From an uncultured Clostridia bacterium (lineage in GTDB: Bacteria > Bacillota > Clostridia > RGIG6154), in the NCBI GenBank assembly GCA_944388555.1, contig CALXJH010000221.1, positions 1 to 40,651 on the forward strand: a stretch of DNA of 40,651 bases, written 5' to 3'. This document shows, piece by piece, positions 1 through 9,209 of the stretch. Made by a program: the position numbers and the translations under genes. Within the stretch, counting starts at the first letter, position 1, and each line of letters starts with the position of its first letter. Under the pieces are notes generated by a model. It ran no database searches. It saw only the letters and a program-made list of their open reading frames with translations, and was not told where the DNA came from.

Positions 1-90
1 GAAACGATGGATTGTGTAGCAAAAAAATACAAAAAATATTGAAATATATGGTAAAACAAAGAGAAAATTAGAAAAAAATTACAAAAATTA

Positions 91-119
91 TTGCTTTTTT
101 TAAAATAGTATGCTAAAAT
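91..119 (+). promoter_or_regulatory. Putative sigma-70-type promoter of the 1809-aa secreted enzyme gene
   Basis: -35 TTGCTT (91-96), 17-nt spacer, TG-extended -10 TAAAAT (114-119), 40 nt before ATG 159. Shares the 16-mer ATTGCTTTTTTTAAAA (90-105) with the site at 11803-11818. Confidence 0.45.
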
Positions 120-158
120 ACAGTAAAGCAATTACAAAAAGAAAGGATAGGTAAGGCC

Positions 159-3100
159 ATGAAACAAAAAATAATTGCGATGATGGTTTTCGTTTGTATG
201 TTGTGCAGCTGTGTGCCAGCTGTTTCAATGGCTGCCGATGATACGACCATATTTATATCCGCCGAAGATTTTGGGGATAATGTGGGAACTTGGACCTTGG
301 CAAACCGTGACGCCGGAGCGTTTGGTTATGTGCTGCGGGCTTCAGGCGGGGGCAGACCGGAAAACAGCAAAAACGCTGAGATACATATCAATTTGCCCGA
401 AACGGCTACGTATACCGTATGGGTGCGCACGAGAGATTATAAGGCGGGCGTTGATGCAAATGGAAATGAAATAAAAGCAGGAGAGCGTTTGTGCCAGATA
501 CAGGTCGGAGATACACGGCTTGAAAAAGATTTGGGCGCGCACGGACAAGACGCTTTTGCTTGGGAAGAAGCGGGGACGGTAGAACTGCAGGCCGGGGAAA
601 CTTCTGTTATATTGGTAGATACGACAGCCAATTACGCCAGAGTAGAGGCCATTGCGCTGTCTGTGAATGCAAAGCTTGTATTGCCGGATACACAGGCAGC
701 ATTGACGGCCGCGTATGAAACTTACGCGCCGGAGATTATAGCGTTTGAGGGAGAGGATGCACAAACGGATGAAGTTGTTGTCAACCCAGTTCTTCCGGAC
801 GGAGAAAAGCCGGCAGCTGTAAGTACATATTTCTTGGGTGCAGATTCTTTTGCAGGGCATCTTGGAACCTGGCTTGCACCGGGAAAAGACGGCTCTGTTC
901 TTCCTGTATTGCGTTCGCCTGGCGGACAAAATCCAGAAAAAACTTCCCCAGCTATTTCTTCTTTTGAGCTAACGCAGGAAGGCGTTTACTATTTATGGGC
1001 ATGGAGCAGAGACTACGCAGATGGTGCGCGGACGTTCAAAATTGCAGTAGATGGAAACATAACAGAACGAGAACTAGGTGCACACGGCCTAAACGGATGG
1101 GCATGGGAATATTGCGGTAAGCTCGAAATGGATGCCGGAACCATTCAGGTTGAAGTTATAGACAGTAAAAACAATTACGGACGTTTGCAGGGTATTGTCA
1201 TTACAAACGATCCTACTTATGTCCCAGAAGAAACGGAAGCTGTCGCGAAAAACCAGGTGAAGGCAAATATGTCGGCTTCCTATACCAGCAATATTACAGG
1301 TGTTATTGCAAACCCGAATATACCACAGGGGGATTTTGAGTTTAATCCGCAGGAAAGTTATATTGTTGTGACGTCACAGGATTTTAATGAAGCAAATCTT
1401 GGAAGCTGGACGCTTTCTTCAGTGAGCATGGGAAGTGTGATGAGTCAGATCGTAATGTCTGCAAGCGATGGAAGAGAGCATTTAAGCGATCCGGCTGTTT
1501 TCCCGGTGGTTATACCTAAAACAGGCATCTACAAAGTAATGGTGCATAGCAATGACGCACCCTCAAACAGTGGCAGAAAGTTTAAAGTACAGGTAGGCGA
1601 TACAGCTGCACGTGAATGCGGACAACATGGATTAGGCTGGGGATGGGAAAGCTTTGAAGTGCCTGTTGTTGCGGGGGAAACGGAATTAAAAATCATTGAC
1701 CATACCGGAAATTACGGTCGGTTTGATATGATTGTGATTACGAGCGATACCGCATTTGAAGTACAGGAGACACGCAATAATTTGCTCGCACTTGCGGATC
1801 TTGCAAAAAACAGACCGACTGATTTTGAAATACAAAAAGACGCAGATCGGCCTGCAGATGAAATAGCAGTAAACTTAAACGGGGCGTATATGACATTTGA
1901 TGTACCGCCCGTTCTCATAAATGACAGAACGATGGTTCCGTTCCGTGCGATTTTTGAAGCGCTTGGATGTATTGTTCAATGGGATGACGCAACGCAAACG
2001 GCAACCGGCACGAGAAACGGCAAAAAAATACAGCTCACCATCAATCAGAATGAAGCGAAAGTAGACGGCGTCAAAACAATGCTGGATTCGCCGGCAGTAC
2101 TAATCAATGACCGTACGTTGGTGCCGCTGAGATTCATATCTGAGTCGTTGGGGGCTGACGTGGTTTGGGAAGATCCCACACAAACCGTTTATATTGCGGC
2201 GCAAATTCCGCCGCAGATCGTTATGTTGACGCCTGAAAGTTTTTATGATACCGGAACATGGATATTGGAAGGCGTAACGGCAGGAAGTTTTGACTGTGGG
2301 ACACTGCGTGGTGCCGTACCGCCTGAAATTGACGGCCCGGCAGGGCCTGAGGATGGAGATCCGTCTTCAACGATTTCAGCAAAAGCGAATATAACTGTTG
2401 CACGAGACGGCGAATATAAAGTGTTTGCGCATTGCCGTGATTACACAACAAGCTACACATCCGAAAGAACATTTGCCGTTGCAATCGACGGACAGCAAGT
2501 AGGCGGCAATTTAGGTACGCATCGCAAAAACGGATTTTACTGGCAGGAGGCAGGCACTATAGAACTGAAAGCTGGTGAGCATACGTTTGAGCTTTTAGAT
2601 ACATCCGGTTTCTATGCGCGGTGTGACATGATCGTGCTGACAGATGACTTGAATTATCAGCCTTCTACTTTATATAGTGAAATGCTGGCATTATCTGCGC
2701 CTGTTTCCGCGTCTGAAGTGGAGAATCCTGTTTTTCCGGCTTATGCCAAAGAACAAGGCGACGTGCAGGATACAGTTACCATTCAGAATGATAAGATCCG
2801 GGTAGACTTTTATAAAGTAAACACAAGCGGCGGTCAGGTTATTCAAAATGAAATTTACAACTATTATAATGGTCAATGGGTGAAAACAAATAATCGTTCA
2901 GAAGAACTGGGCTATATTGTTCTTCGCGCGGATGAGGCTGCATTAGGAACATCACCACAGGATCGATATGTTTTTTCGACTTCTTATAAAGTAAATGGTA
3001 AAAATTCGGCATATACGGGCGTTGAATTGTTCAGAGCAGGACTTTCTACCTGGTTTATTCCAACAGACTATCAGATTATTTCAGATAAAGCGGTACAACT

Positions 3101-5588
3101 TACCGCATCAAATGATCTAGGGACTGTTACAGCACTTTGGGAAATAGCAGACGAAACAGAAGCACCTAAAGTTACTGTTACCGGAACATTTACGCAAGAC
3201 GGTTATTACACAATCGGCGCTTGGGAAGGCGATGAAATGGCGTATGAAACTTTTGATTTCGCGTTGGCGCCTTTCCGCGTGCAGGGCAAACGTGTAGACG
3301 ATGAAATCGGTGTTTATACGGAACAGTATTTGTTCACACCGATGGGATGCTATACATTGCCGGAAAACAATGCGTACAGCGCGGAAAAAGTTACGAAAGG
3401 CGTTGTGGTTGATCCCTCATTTACTGAAGTTAAATGGGTAAAGCGCAAAGATGCGTCTTACGGGATTGCCATGAAAGGACCGGATAATGGATATCGCGGC
3501 AGTGTGTTCGCACCTATTCTTGGATCGGAAGAATCTAAACTTTCTGCGGGAAACAGTTTCAGTTATACATATAGAGTCATCAGCAAAGTTTCAGACTGGT
3601 ATGACAACTATACGTTCATTGCATCAGATTTATATGGGGTAGACAGTTATCGGCAGAACACCTATTCCACTTTAAATGACGCAATCTTTAATACCAGAAC
3701 ATATTCTTTGAATCCAGACTTTTCCGGCTGGGATCCTTTGGATAAATCTTATTGGAATATTGAAAGCAAAAATACAACTTCTGTAGCAGATCCTATGGAA
3801 GCGCTGCAAACTTATTTGCTCACAGAAGATGAAACTTATTTAGAACAGCGTACGCTGCCTACGATCGCAAACTTTATGACACGCGGCAGCCTGCATTTTA
3901 ACAGCAAAGGCATAGAAAAGAGCAATGGCTATGTAGATGCGGAGAAAACGCCTTATTCAATCGGCAACTTTATCAGTTGTCTGAATATGAATGTTAAGGG
4001 GGGCATGTATGAGCTTACCCGCGGCAGAGTGCCGTATATGCTTGAAACAGGCATCAATCAGACACTTGCGGGACAAAATGTCAACGGCTATAGCTCCATG
4101 ACGCCTTTCTCAGATGATTTATACCTATATAAATATACAGGTGACCGAAGCTATCTGGAAAGTGCAATGGAGAGCGCAGATAAATATTTGACCGACACAG
4201 TTTATGCACCGCAGACCGAACCGGTAGATTTTTCTGCTTTCGTTTATATTTCTTATTATCCGAATATTCCGGCACTTTTGGATTTATATGAGGCAAGCGG
4301 AGAACAGCGTTATCTGGACGCAGCGTACTATGCCGCCAAATGGCTGGTTACAACTCTTTGGGTTCCCGGTGTAGATGGTGATAAAAAATATGGAACCATG
4401 ACGGTAAATAATGGTATTAAGGCAACGTCAAATGGTGTACACGACTGGTATGGCGATACCCAGCGCATTGTCGGAAAAGACAATACAACCGATTACACCG
4501 AAACAGTAGAAAACTGGGTGGTTTCAAGAGTTGGTTTAGGATTAGAGCAAGCTTCCACTTTCTATGGAAATCAGTCTTCTACCAATATGATTATGAGTAT
4601 GTGGGTGGGAGATTTGCTGCGCATAGCAACTTATACCGGGGATACTTTCCTTGCAAACGCGGCTGAAAACGCTGTTGTGGGAAGATTTTCCAACTATCCC
4701 GGATATTATTATGGCTATATCGGATTTACCAGTACACAGATGAAAGAAAACTATCCGTATGAAGGCCCGGATGTTACAGCAATTTATTATCACCATATTC
4801 CGCCCTTTATGGCAATGCTGGAGGACTTTATTATTAACCAAAGTTTTTATCGGTCAAATGGAAAAATCCATTTTCCAAGCGTACGTCAAAGCGGATATGC
4901 TTATTTCACGTCGAACCATTATGGATTCCAGACGGGAGCTGTGTATGACTTAGAAGATATGTGGCTGTGGATAGATGAAGGTGTGCTTGATTCCGGAAAT
5001 CTGCAGATTGACTGGGTTGGTGCGAGAAAAGATGGTGTTGTTGCGTTTGCACTAATGAACCAATCCGATCAGGATGTCACAACGACAGCTGCTTTAGGAG
5101 AAAAAATCGGCAATGTTACAGGTAAAGCCGTGCTTTATGACCAGGCTGGCAATAAGAGTGAAATAGATGTTACGGATGGTAAGTTTACCGTAACGGTGCC
5201 GGCAAAAGGTATTGCAACTGTGGCAATTACCGCAGACAGTGTTAAAGCGCCTGCTTATGCTGCGTTTGACTATACTTTAAGCGGCACAGAAGTCGAAACA
5301 GGGTCCACCTATTTTGATCACGGAAATGGTAAAGGCATTGTGCTGCAAATGAACCCTGACAACTATTATGCATATGTTTACGTAACCGACAAACCGGATA
5401 CTGTTGCGGAAGTAAAACTTTCGTACACTGCAGGAGAACAGAAAGAAACCCTCTCAACAACAAATTACCCATATGAATTTATTGTGAAAGTAAATGATCC
5501 AACCAAGGTATTTACATATGAAATAGAATTGATTGGAACAGATGGAACTTCTAAGACAGTAAAGGGTGGCACCATTCAGCCGCTTTAA
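159..5588 (+). CDS. Giant secreted multidomain glycan-active enzyme candidate: signal peptide, 4 unassigned beta-sandwich-like modules, Cu-amine-oxidase-N 'stalk' pair, ~960-aa unclassified catalytic region
   Basis: 1809-aa ORF. Signal peptide MKQKIIAMMVFVCMLCSCVPAVSMA. Four internal repeats. DRTMVPFRAIFEALG and DRTLVPLRFISESLG stalk motifs. The C-terminal region has a beta-rich part, then a helix-rich toroid-like part (SYLESAMESADKYL, GEQRYLDAAYYAAKWL), then a beta-rich tail. A strong terminator follows. Confidence 0.9.
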   Translation: MKQKIIAMMVFVCMLCSCVPAVSMAADDTTIFISAEDFGDNVGTWTLANRDAGAFGYVLRASGGGRPENSKNAEIHINLPETATYTVWVRTRDYKAGVDANGNEIKAGERLCQIQVGDTRLEKDLGAHGQDAFAWEEAGTVELQAGETSVILVDTTANYARVEAIALSVNAKLVLPDTQAALTAAYETYAPEIIAFEGEDAQTDEVVVNPVLPDGEKPAAVSTYFLGADSFAGHLGTWLAPGKDGSVLPVLRSPGGQNPEKTSPAISSFELTQEGVYYLWAWSRDYADGARTFKIAVDGNITERELGAHGLNGWAWEYCGKLEMDAGTIQVEVIDSKNNYGRLQGIVITNDPTYVPEETEAVAKNQVKANMSASYTSNITGVIANPNIPQGDFEFNPQESYIVVTSQDFNEANLGSWTLSSVSMGSVMSQIVMSASDGREHLSDPAVFPVVIPKTGIYKVMVHSNDAPSNSGRKFKVQVGDTAARECGQHGLGWGWESFEVPVVAGETELKIIDHTGNYGRFDMIVITSDTAFEVQETRNNLLALADLAKNRPTDFEIQKDADRPADEIAVNLNGAYMTFDVPPVLINDRTMVPFRAIFEALGCIVQWDDATQTATGTRNGKKIQLTINQNEAKVDGVKTMLDSPAVLINDRTLVPLRFISESLGADVVWEDPTQTVYIAAQIPPQIVMLTPESFYDTGTWILEGVTAGSFDCGTLRGAVPPEIDGPAGPEDGDPSSTISAKANITVARDGEYKVFAHCRDYTTSYTSERTFAVAIDGQQVGGNLGTHRKNGFYWQEAGTIELKAGEHTFELLDTSGFYARCDMIVLTDDLNYQPSTLYSEMLALSAPVSASEVENPVFPAYAKEQGDVQDTVTIQNDKIRVDFYKVNTSGGQVIQNEIYNYYNGQWVKTNNRSEELGYIVLRADEAALGTSPQDRYVFSTSYKVNGKNSAYTGVELFRAGLSTWFIPTDYQIISDKAVQLTASNDLGTVTALWEIADETEAPKVTVTGTFTQDGYYTIGAWEGDEMAYETFDFALAPFRVQGKRVDDEIGVYTEQYLFTPMGCYTLPENNAYSAEKVTKGVVVDPSFTEVKWVKRKDASYGIAMKGPDNGYRGSVFAPILGSEESKLSAGNSFSYTYRVISKVSDWYDNYTFIASDLYGVDSYRQNTYSTLNDAIFNTRTYSLNPDFSGWDPLDKSYWNIESKNTTSVADPMEALQTYLLTEDETYLEQRTLPTIANFMTRGSLHFNSKGIEKSNGYVDAEKTPYSIGNFISCLNMNVKGGMYELTRGRVPYMLETGINQTLAGQNVNGYSSMTPFSDDLYLYKYTGDRSYLESAMESADKYLTDTVYAPQTEPVDFSAFVYISYYPNIPALLDLYEASGEQRYLDAAYYAAKWLVTTLWVPGVDGDKKYGTMTVNNGIKATSNGVHDWYGDTQRIVGKDNTTDYTETVENWVVSRVGLGLEQASTFYGNQSSTNMIMSMWVGDLLRIATYTGDTFLANAAENAVVGRFSNYPGYYYGYIGFTSTQMKENYPYEGPDVTAIYYHHIPPFMAMLEDFIINQSFYRSNGKIHFPSVRQSGYAYFTSNHYGFQTGAVYDLEDMWLWIDEGVLDSGNLQIDWVGARKDGVVAFALMNQSDQDVTTTAALGEKIGNVTGKAVLYDQAGNKSEIDVTDGKFTVTVPAKGIATVAITADSVKAPAYAAFDYTLSGTEVETGSTYFDHGNGKGIVLQMNPDNYYAYVYVTDKPDTVAEVKLSYTAGEQKETLSTTNYPYEFIVKVNDPTKVFTYEIELIGTDGTSKTVKGGTIQPL
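249..668 (+). repeat. Module copy 1 of an unassigned ~135-aa CBM-like domain
   Basis: FISAEDFG..GTW..YTVWVRTRDY..GAHGQDAFAWEEAGTVELQAGE..DTTANYARVEAIALS. Same motif order as copies 2-5. Confidence 0.7.
828..1214 (+). repeat. Module copy 2
   Basis: FLGADSFAGHLGTW..YYLWAWSRDY..RTFKIAVDG..GAHGLNGWAWE..NNYGRLQGIVITND. Confidence 0.7.
1359..1757 (+). repeat. Module copy 3
   Basis: VTSQDFNEANLGSW..YKVMVHSND..RKFKVQVGD..GQHGLGWGWE..AGETELKIIDHTGNYGRFDMIVITSD. Confidence 0.7.
1863..2198 (+). other. Copper amine oxidase N-terminal-like (stalk) domain pair inside the giant enzyme
   Basis: Two half-repeats, PPVLINDRTMVPFRAIFEALGCIVQWDDATQT and PAVLINDRTLVPLRFISESLGADVVWEDPTQTVYI. Same motifs as the stand-alone protein at 11100-11528. 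Confidence 0.75.
2220..2657 (+). repeat. Module copy 4
   Basis: LTPESFYDTGTW..YKVFAHCRDY..RTFAVAIDG..GTHRKNGFYWQEAGTIELKAGEHTFELLDTSGFYARCDMIVLTDD. Confidence 0.7.
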
Positions 5589-5602
5589 ATAAAAAGCGTA
5601 AT

Positions 5603-5636
5603 AAAAACCGCAGACTTTTAAGTCTGCGGTTTTTTA
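5603..5636. terminator. Bidirectional rho-independent terminator between convergent genes
   Basis: 9-bp stem CCGCAGACT / AGTCTGCGG with a 4-nt loop, flanked by an A-run (5603-5607) and a T-run (5630-5635). Confidence 0.85.
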
Positions 5637-5652
5637 CAATGCAATATTTAGA

Positions 5653-6927
5653 CTACAGCGTTTTACGAAGCGAAAAGAAAGAGAAAAACGCAACGCAGGC
5701 TTCAGTAACCACAATGGAGGACCAAACACCGACCATGTCAAAAAGGTAGGCAAGTATAATGGCAGCGGGTAAAATTACAATGAACCCCCGAGATGCAGAA
5801 ATAAAAAAGCCTAACTTTGGACGATCTACTGCAGCAGTAAACGCTGCCATAAAAATATTGAAGCTGGAAAACAAAAATGATAGAAAATAAATATGAATTC
5901 CTTGTACCGTGATTTCTGTCAGTTCTCGGCTGTTTTGGGAGTTAAAAAGCAAAGTGATGGGTTCGGCAAAAAAGAACAAAACAAGCAAAAAAAGAACGGC
6001 AAGCAGTTCACAGGTATATATGCCTAGGCGTGCGGTATTTTTCATTTGCAAATGATTGTTTTCGCCGCAGGCTTTGCTTAATATAGGTTGACAGCCGCTG
6101 GAAACACCATTAAAAACAGCTACAAGAACCATTGCAATATTTGCCACAATACTATATGCTGCCACACCGGTATTTCCTGCAAGCCTTAAAATCAGGAAGT
6201 TAAATACAATAATAACAATTCCTGAAGAAAGTTCCGTAATAAAGGAGGGGAGTCCCAGTGCACATGCGTCTTTGAGCGCAGAAAGTTTTACAGTAGAAAT
6301 CTGAAATGGAAAACTGTTCTGTTTTTTTATAAAATGTATAGAAAGAATCAAAAGACTGATAACTGGAGAAACGCCGGTTGCCAAGGCAGCTCCAAACATT
6401 CCAAGTCCTAGTGGAAATACAAATACATAATCTAACAAGATGTTGGTAAAACTGCCAATTAACATTGCAGTCATCGCAAGGCGCGGCTGCATGTCGTTTC
6501 GTACAAAGCTGCTTACAAGGTTGTTTAACATAAACGCAGGAGAAAAAAATAATAAAATTCGTAAGTATTCGCTGGTTAAAGAAACCGTGTTCGCGTCTGC
6601 ACCTAAAAATAGTGCAGTTTGCCTGGACAGAAAGATGCCCCATAATATATAAACAAGGGACAGAATCAGTGTCCAGCTGAGTATTTTTGAAAATACATCT
6701 TTTTTCCCCGAAAGAGAAAAACGCGTTGCGCCGCCTACACCTAACATAAGGCCTGTTCCGTTGATGATACTAAATACCGGAATTGCAAGGTTAAGAGCGG
6801 TTAGGCCAGTTTCTCCAACGCCGCGGGCAATAAACAATGTGTCCGCCAGAATATAGCAGGAAACGCCTACCATTCCTAAAACATTACTGGAAACGTATTT
6901 GAAAAATAGTTTTGCTGTAGACCGCAT
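5653..6927 (-). CDS. MATE family efflux transporter
   Basis: Polytopic membrane protein. The N-terminus MRSTAKLFFKYVSSNVLGMVGVSCYILADTLFIARGVGETGLTALNLAIP is typical of MATE. I chose ATG 6927 because GGAGG lies about 9 nt upstream; the track ORF extends to 7080 without an RBS. Confidence 0.85.
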   Translation of the reverse strand: MRSTAKLFFKYVSSNVLGMVGVSCYILADTLFIARGVGETGLTALNLAIPVFSIINGTGLMLGVGGATRFSLSGKKDVFSKILSWTLILSLVYILWGIFLSRQTALFLGADANTVSLTSEYLRILLFFSPAFMLNNLVSSFVRNDMQPRLAMTAMLIGSFTNILLDYVFVFPLGLGMFGAALATGVSPVISLLILSIHFIKKQNSFPFQISTVKLSALKDACALGLPSFITELSSGIVIIVFNFLILRLAGNTGVAAYSIVANIAMVLVAVFNGVSSGCQPILSKACGENNHLQMKNTARLGIYTCELLAVLFLLVLFFFAEPITLLFNSQNSRELTEITVQGIHIYFLSFLFSSFNIFMAAFTAAVDRPKLGFFISASRGFIVILPAAIILAYLFDMVGVWSSIVVTEACVAFFSFFSLRKTL

Positions 6928-7170
6928 TTTTATGAACCTCCGCTTCAAAAGTTTTATCAGTATACCATAATTAAATTTATAAGTCAATGTTTTCTTTAAA
7001 AATACAGAAAATTTATGGAAATAATGTGAAAAATCACTAAAAAATTGTGTGCATTTTTGGAAAAAACAATATAAACACATATATTTATGCTAATTTCTAA
7101 TCTCACACCATGTATTTTTGACAAGATATGTAGTATTATTAAATATAGAAATTTATGACATTGAAAGGAT

Positions 7171-8145
7171 GTGGCAAAACAAGTGAGCAAGCAAAAGAAA
7201 GTGCAAGTGACTTACCCTGAAGGGGTATATGTTGCTCCCAAAAAAAGCCTCTTAAAGTACATAGCTACAAATAAATGGCTTTATATCTTACTCTTGCCCG
7301 GGCTTTTGTATCTCTTGGTGTACAATTACCTGCCAATGTTTGGTGTTGTAATTGCATTTCAGGATTTTAACATGGTTAAGGGTATTTTTCACAGTGATTT
7401 TATAGGTTGGGAAAACTTCGCACTCCTGTTCCAGGAACAAAGATTTTATGAGGTGTTTGCGAATTCTGTAATCCTGTCATTTTACAATCTGATTTTCGGT
7501 TTCCCGATACCAGTTATTTTGGCAGTATTGCTGAATGAAATCAAACAGGATCTTTTCAAGCGTTTCGTGCAGACAGTTTCTTATCTGCCGTACTTTATCT
7601 CCTGGGTTGTTGTTTCCGGTATGCTTCTGCAATACCTCTCTCAGAGTGATGGTATGGTAAACTTCATTATTGAAAAATTGGGCGGCGAAAAACTTCCGTT
7701 CCTGATGTCACCGAAGTATTTCCGAGGAATTATAGTTGTTGCCAATATGTGGAAAGGTGCCGGCTGGGGTTCTATTATCTATCTAGCGGCAATGAGCAAC
7801 TTGGATCAGCAGGTATATGAAGCGGCGCTTATTGATGGTGCAAACCGTTTCCAGAGAATGCGTTACATAACAATTCCGGGTATTATGTCTACTATTATTA
7901 CTGTACTTATTTTGAATATGGGTACCATTATGAATAATGGTTTTGAACAGATTTTCATGCTCCAGAATTCTATGAACTTGGAAGTTTCCGAAGTGTTTGA
8001 AACCTACACCTATAAACAGGGTCTTATGTTAGGTAACTTTGGATATTCTACTGCTGTTGGTTTGTTTAAATCGGTTGTAAGCTTCTTCTTAGTTATGACG
8101 ACAAACTTTATAGCAAGAAAAGTTGGACAGAAAGGATTGTGGTAA
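7171..8145 (+). CDS. Carbohydrate ABC importer permease (LplB/YteP-like)
   Basis: Six-TM MalF-type permease with an EAA-loop-like EAALIDGANRFQRMRYITIPG. The start is uncertain: GTG 7171 sits directly after AAAGGA, and GTG 7183 is an alternative. Confidence 0.85.
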   Translation: MAKQVSKQKKVQVTYPEGVYVAPKKSLLKYIATNKWLYILLLPGLLYLLVYNYLPMFGVVIAFQDFNMVKGIFHSDFIGWENFALLFQEQRFYEVFANSVILSFYNLIFGFPIPVILAVLLNEIKQDLFKRFVQTVSYLPYFISWVVVSGMLLQYLSQSDGMVNFIIEKLGGEKLPFLMSPKYFRGIIVVANMWKGAGWGSIIYLAAMSNLDQQVYEAALIDGANRFQRMRYITIPGIMSTIITVLILNMGTIMNNGFEQIFMLQNSMNLEVSEVFETYTYKQGLMLGNFGYSTAVGLFKSVVSFFLVMTTNFIARKVGQKGLW

Positions 8146-8148
8146 GCG

Positions 8149-9021
8149 ATGAAAAACAAATTGTATTTTTTTGATTATGTAAACTTCGTTTTAATGGGCT
8201 TGGTTATTGTAATCACACTCTATCCTTTCTTAAACGTGTTTGCGATATCTTTTAGTAGTTATGCAGAATACTTAGAGAACCCGTTGCGTATTTGGCCGGC
8301 TTCTTGGGCGCTTGGTGCCTACAGAGATATTTTGGGACGATCCACCCTTTGGTCCAGTTATGGAAATACAATTTTTGTAGCACTGGCTACCACGGTTATT
8401 GCCTTATTTATGTATCTGCTGACGGCCTATCCGCTTTCCAGAAAAGATTTGCGCGGTAAAAGCGGTATCATGACCTTTATTGTGTTCACCATGATGTTTA
8501 ACGGCGGTTTGATTCCTACATTCTATTTGATCCGCTCTCTACATCTTTATAACACACTTTGGGCGTTAATCTTTACAATGCTGTTTTCAGCATACAACGT
8601 AACGCTTATGAAAAACTTTATGGAATCGATTCCGGACAGTTTAGTAGAAGCAGCCAGAATTGACGGTGCATCAGAATTTTATATTTTGTTCCGCATTATG
8701 GCACCATTGTCTAAAGCTATTATCGCAACGCTTGCTATGTTTGTTGCGGTTGGACAATGGAATGCATATGCATCTTCTATCTACTATATCAAAGATTCCA
8801 GTAAGTGGACACTTGCGTTGTTCCTGCGTGAAATCATTTTAGGTTCTTCTATTCAGAACGTTGTATCCGGCGCGGGAGAAGACTTGATGGAAGAAACGGT
8901 TGAACCGATTACCATGCAGTATGCAGCGCTTATTATCACAGTAGTACCTATCTTAGTTGTATATCCTTTTGTACAGAAATATTTTGTTAAAGGTATGATG
9001 GTAGGTTCTGTAAAAGAATAA
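8149..9021 (+). CDS. Carbohydrate ABC importer permease (LplC/YtcP-like)
   Basis: MalG-type permease with EAA loop EAARIDGASEFYILFRIMAPL. Starts 3 nt after the previous stop. Confidence 0.88.
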   Translation: MKNKLYFFDYVNFVLMGLVIVITLYPFLNVFAISFSSYAEYLENPLRIWPASWALGAYRDILGRSTLWSSYGNTIFVALATTVIALFMYLLTAYPLSRKDLRGKSGIMTFIVFTMMFNGGLIPTFYLIRSLHLYNTLWALIFTMLFSAYNVTLMKNFMESIPDSLVEAARIDGASEFYILFRIMAPLSKAIIATLAMFVAVGQWNAYASSIYYIKDSSKWTLALFLREIILGSSIQNVVSGAGEDLMEETVEPITMQYAALIITVVPILVVYPFVQKYFVKGMMVGSVKE

Positions 9022-9137
9022 TTGGTCAGAAAAAAGTTTGTATGGATGAATAAATAAGGTGCTGCTGCTAAAAAGCAGCACCGTGAGAATTATTGCGTGC
9101 AAAAAATAGATTCGAACACGCACATTAAACTGATTTG

Positions 9138-9181
9138 AAGATTTTTGTATTTTGCAAAAATCTTTCAATAAAAATTATAAT
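9138..9181 (+). promoter_or_regulatory. Internal promoter with overlapping palindromic operator candidate upstream of the binding-protein gene
   Basis: Perfect 10-bp inverted repeat AAGATTTTTG-N7-CAAAAATCTT (9138-9164) overlaps -35 TTGCAA (9152-9157). An 18-nt spacer precedes -10 TATAAT (9176-9181). Confidence 0.45.
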
Positions 9182-9209
9182 TAAATTTATTTAAAAAGGA
9201 GAGAAAAAA

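Noticed and set aside
342-929. Long antisense or alternative-frame ORFs lie inside supported genes. Examples are 342-929(-), 6200-6643(-), 12026-12307(-), 20401-20718(-), 24697-25077(-), 29566-29985(-), 32105-32449(-) and 36805-37203(-).
   Set aside because: All lie within longer ORFs that have clear family motifs. They lack RBSs and have low-complexity or Cys/Arg-rich compositions typical of shadow ORFs.
9058-9084. A GC-rich hairpin (GGTGCTGC...GCAGCACC) after the second permease gene might be a terminator.
   Set aside because: No U-tract follows it, and it lies inside an apparent operon. It is more likely an RNA-stability or processing hairpin, so I did not call it a terminator.
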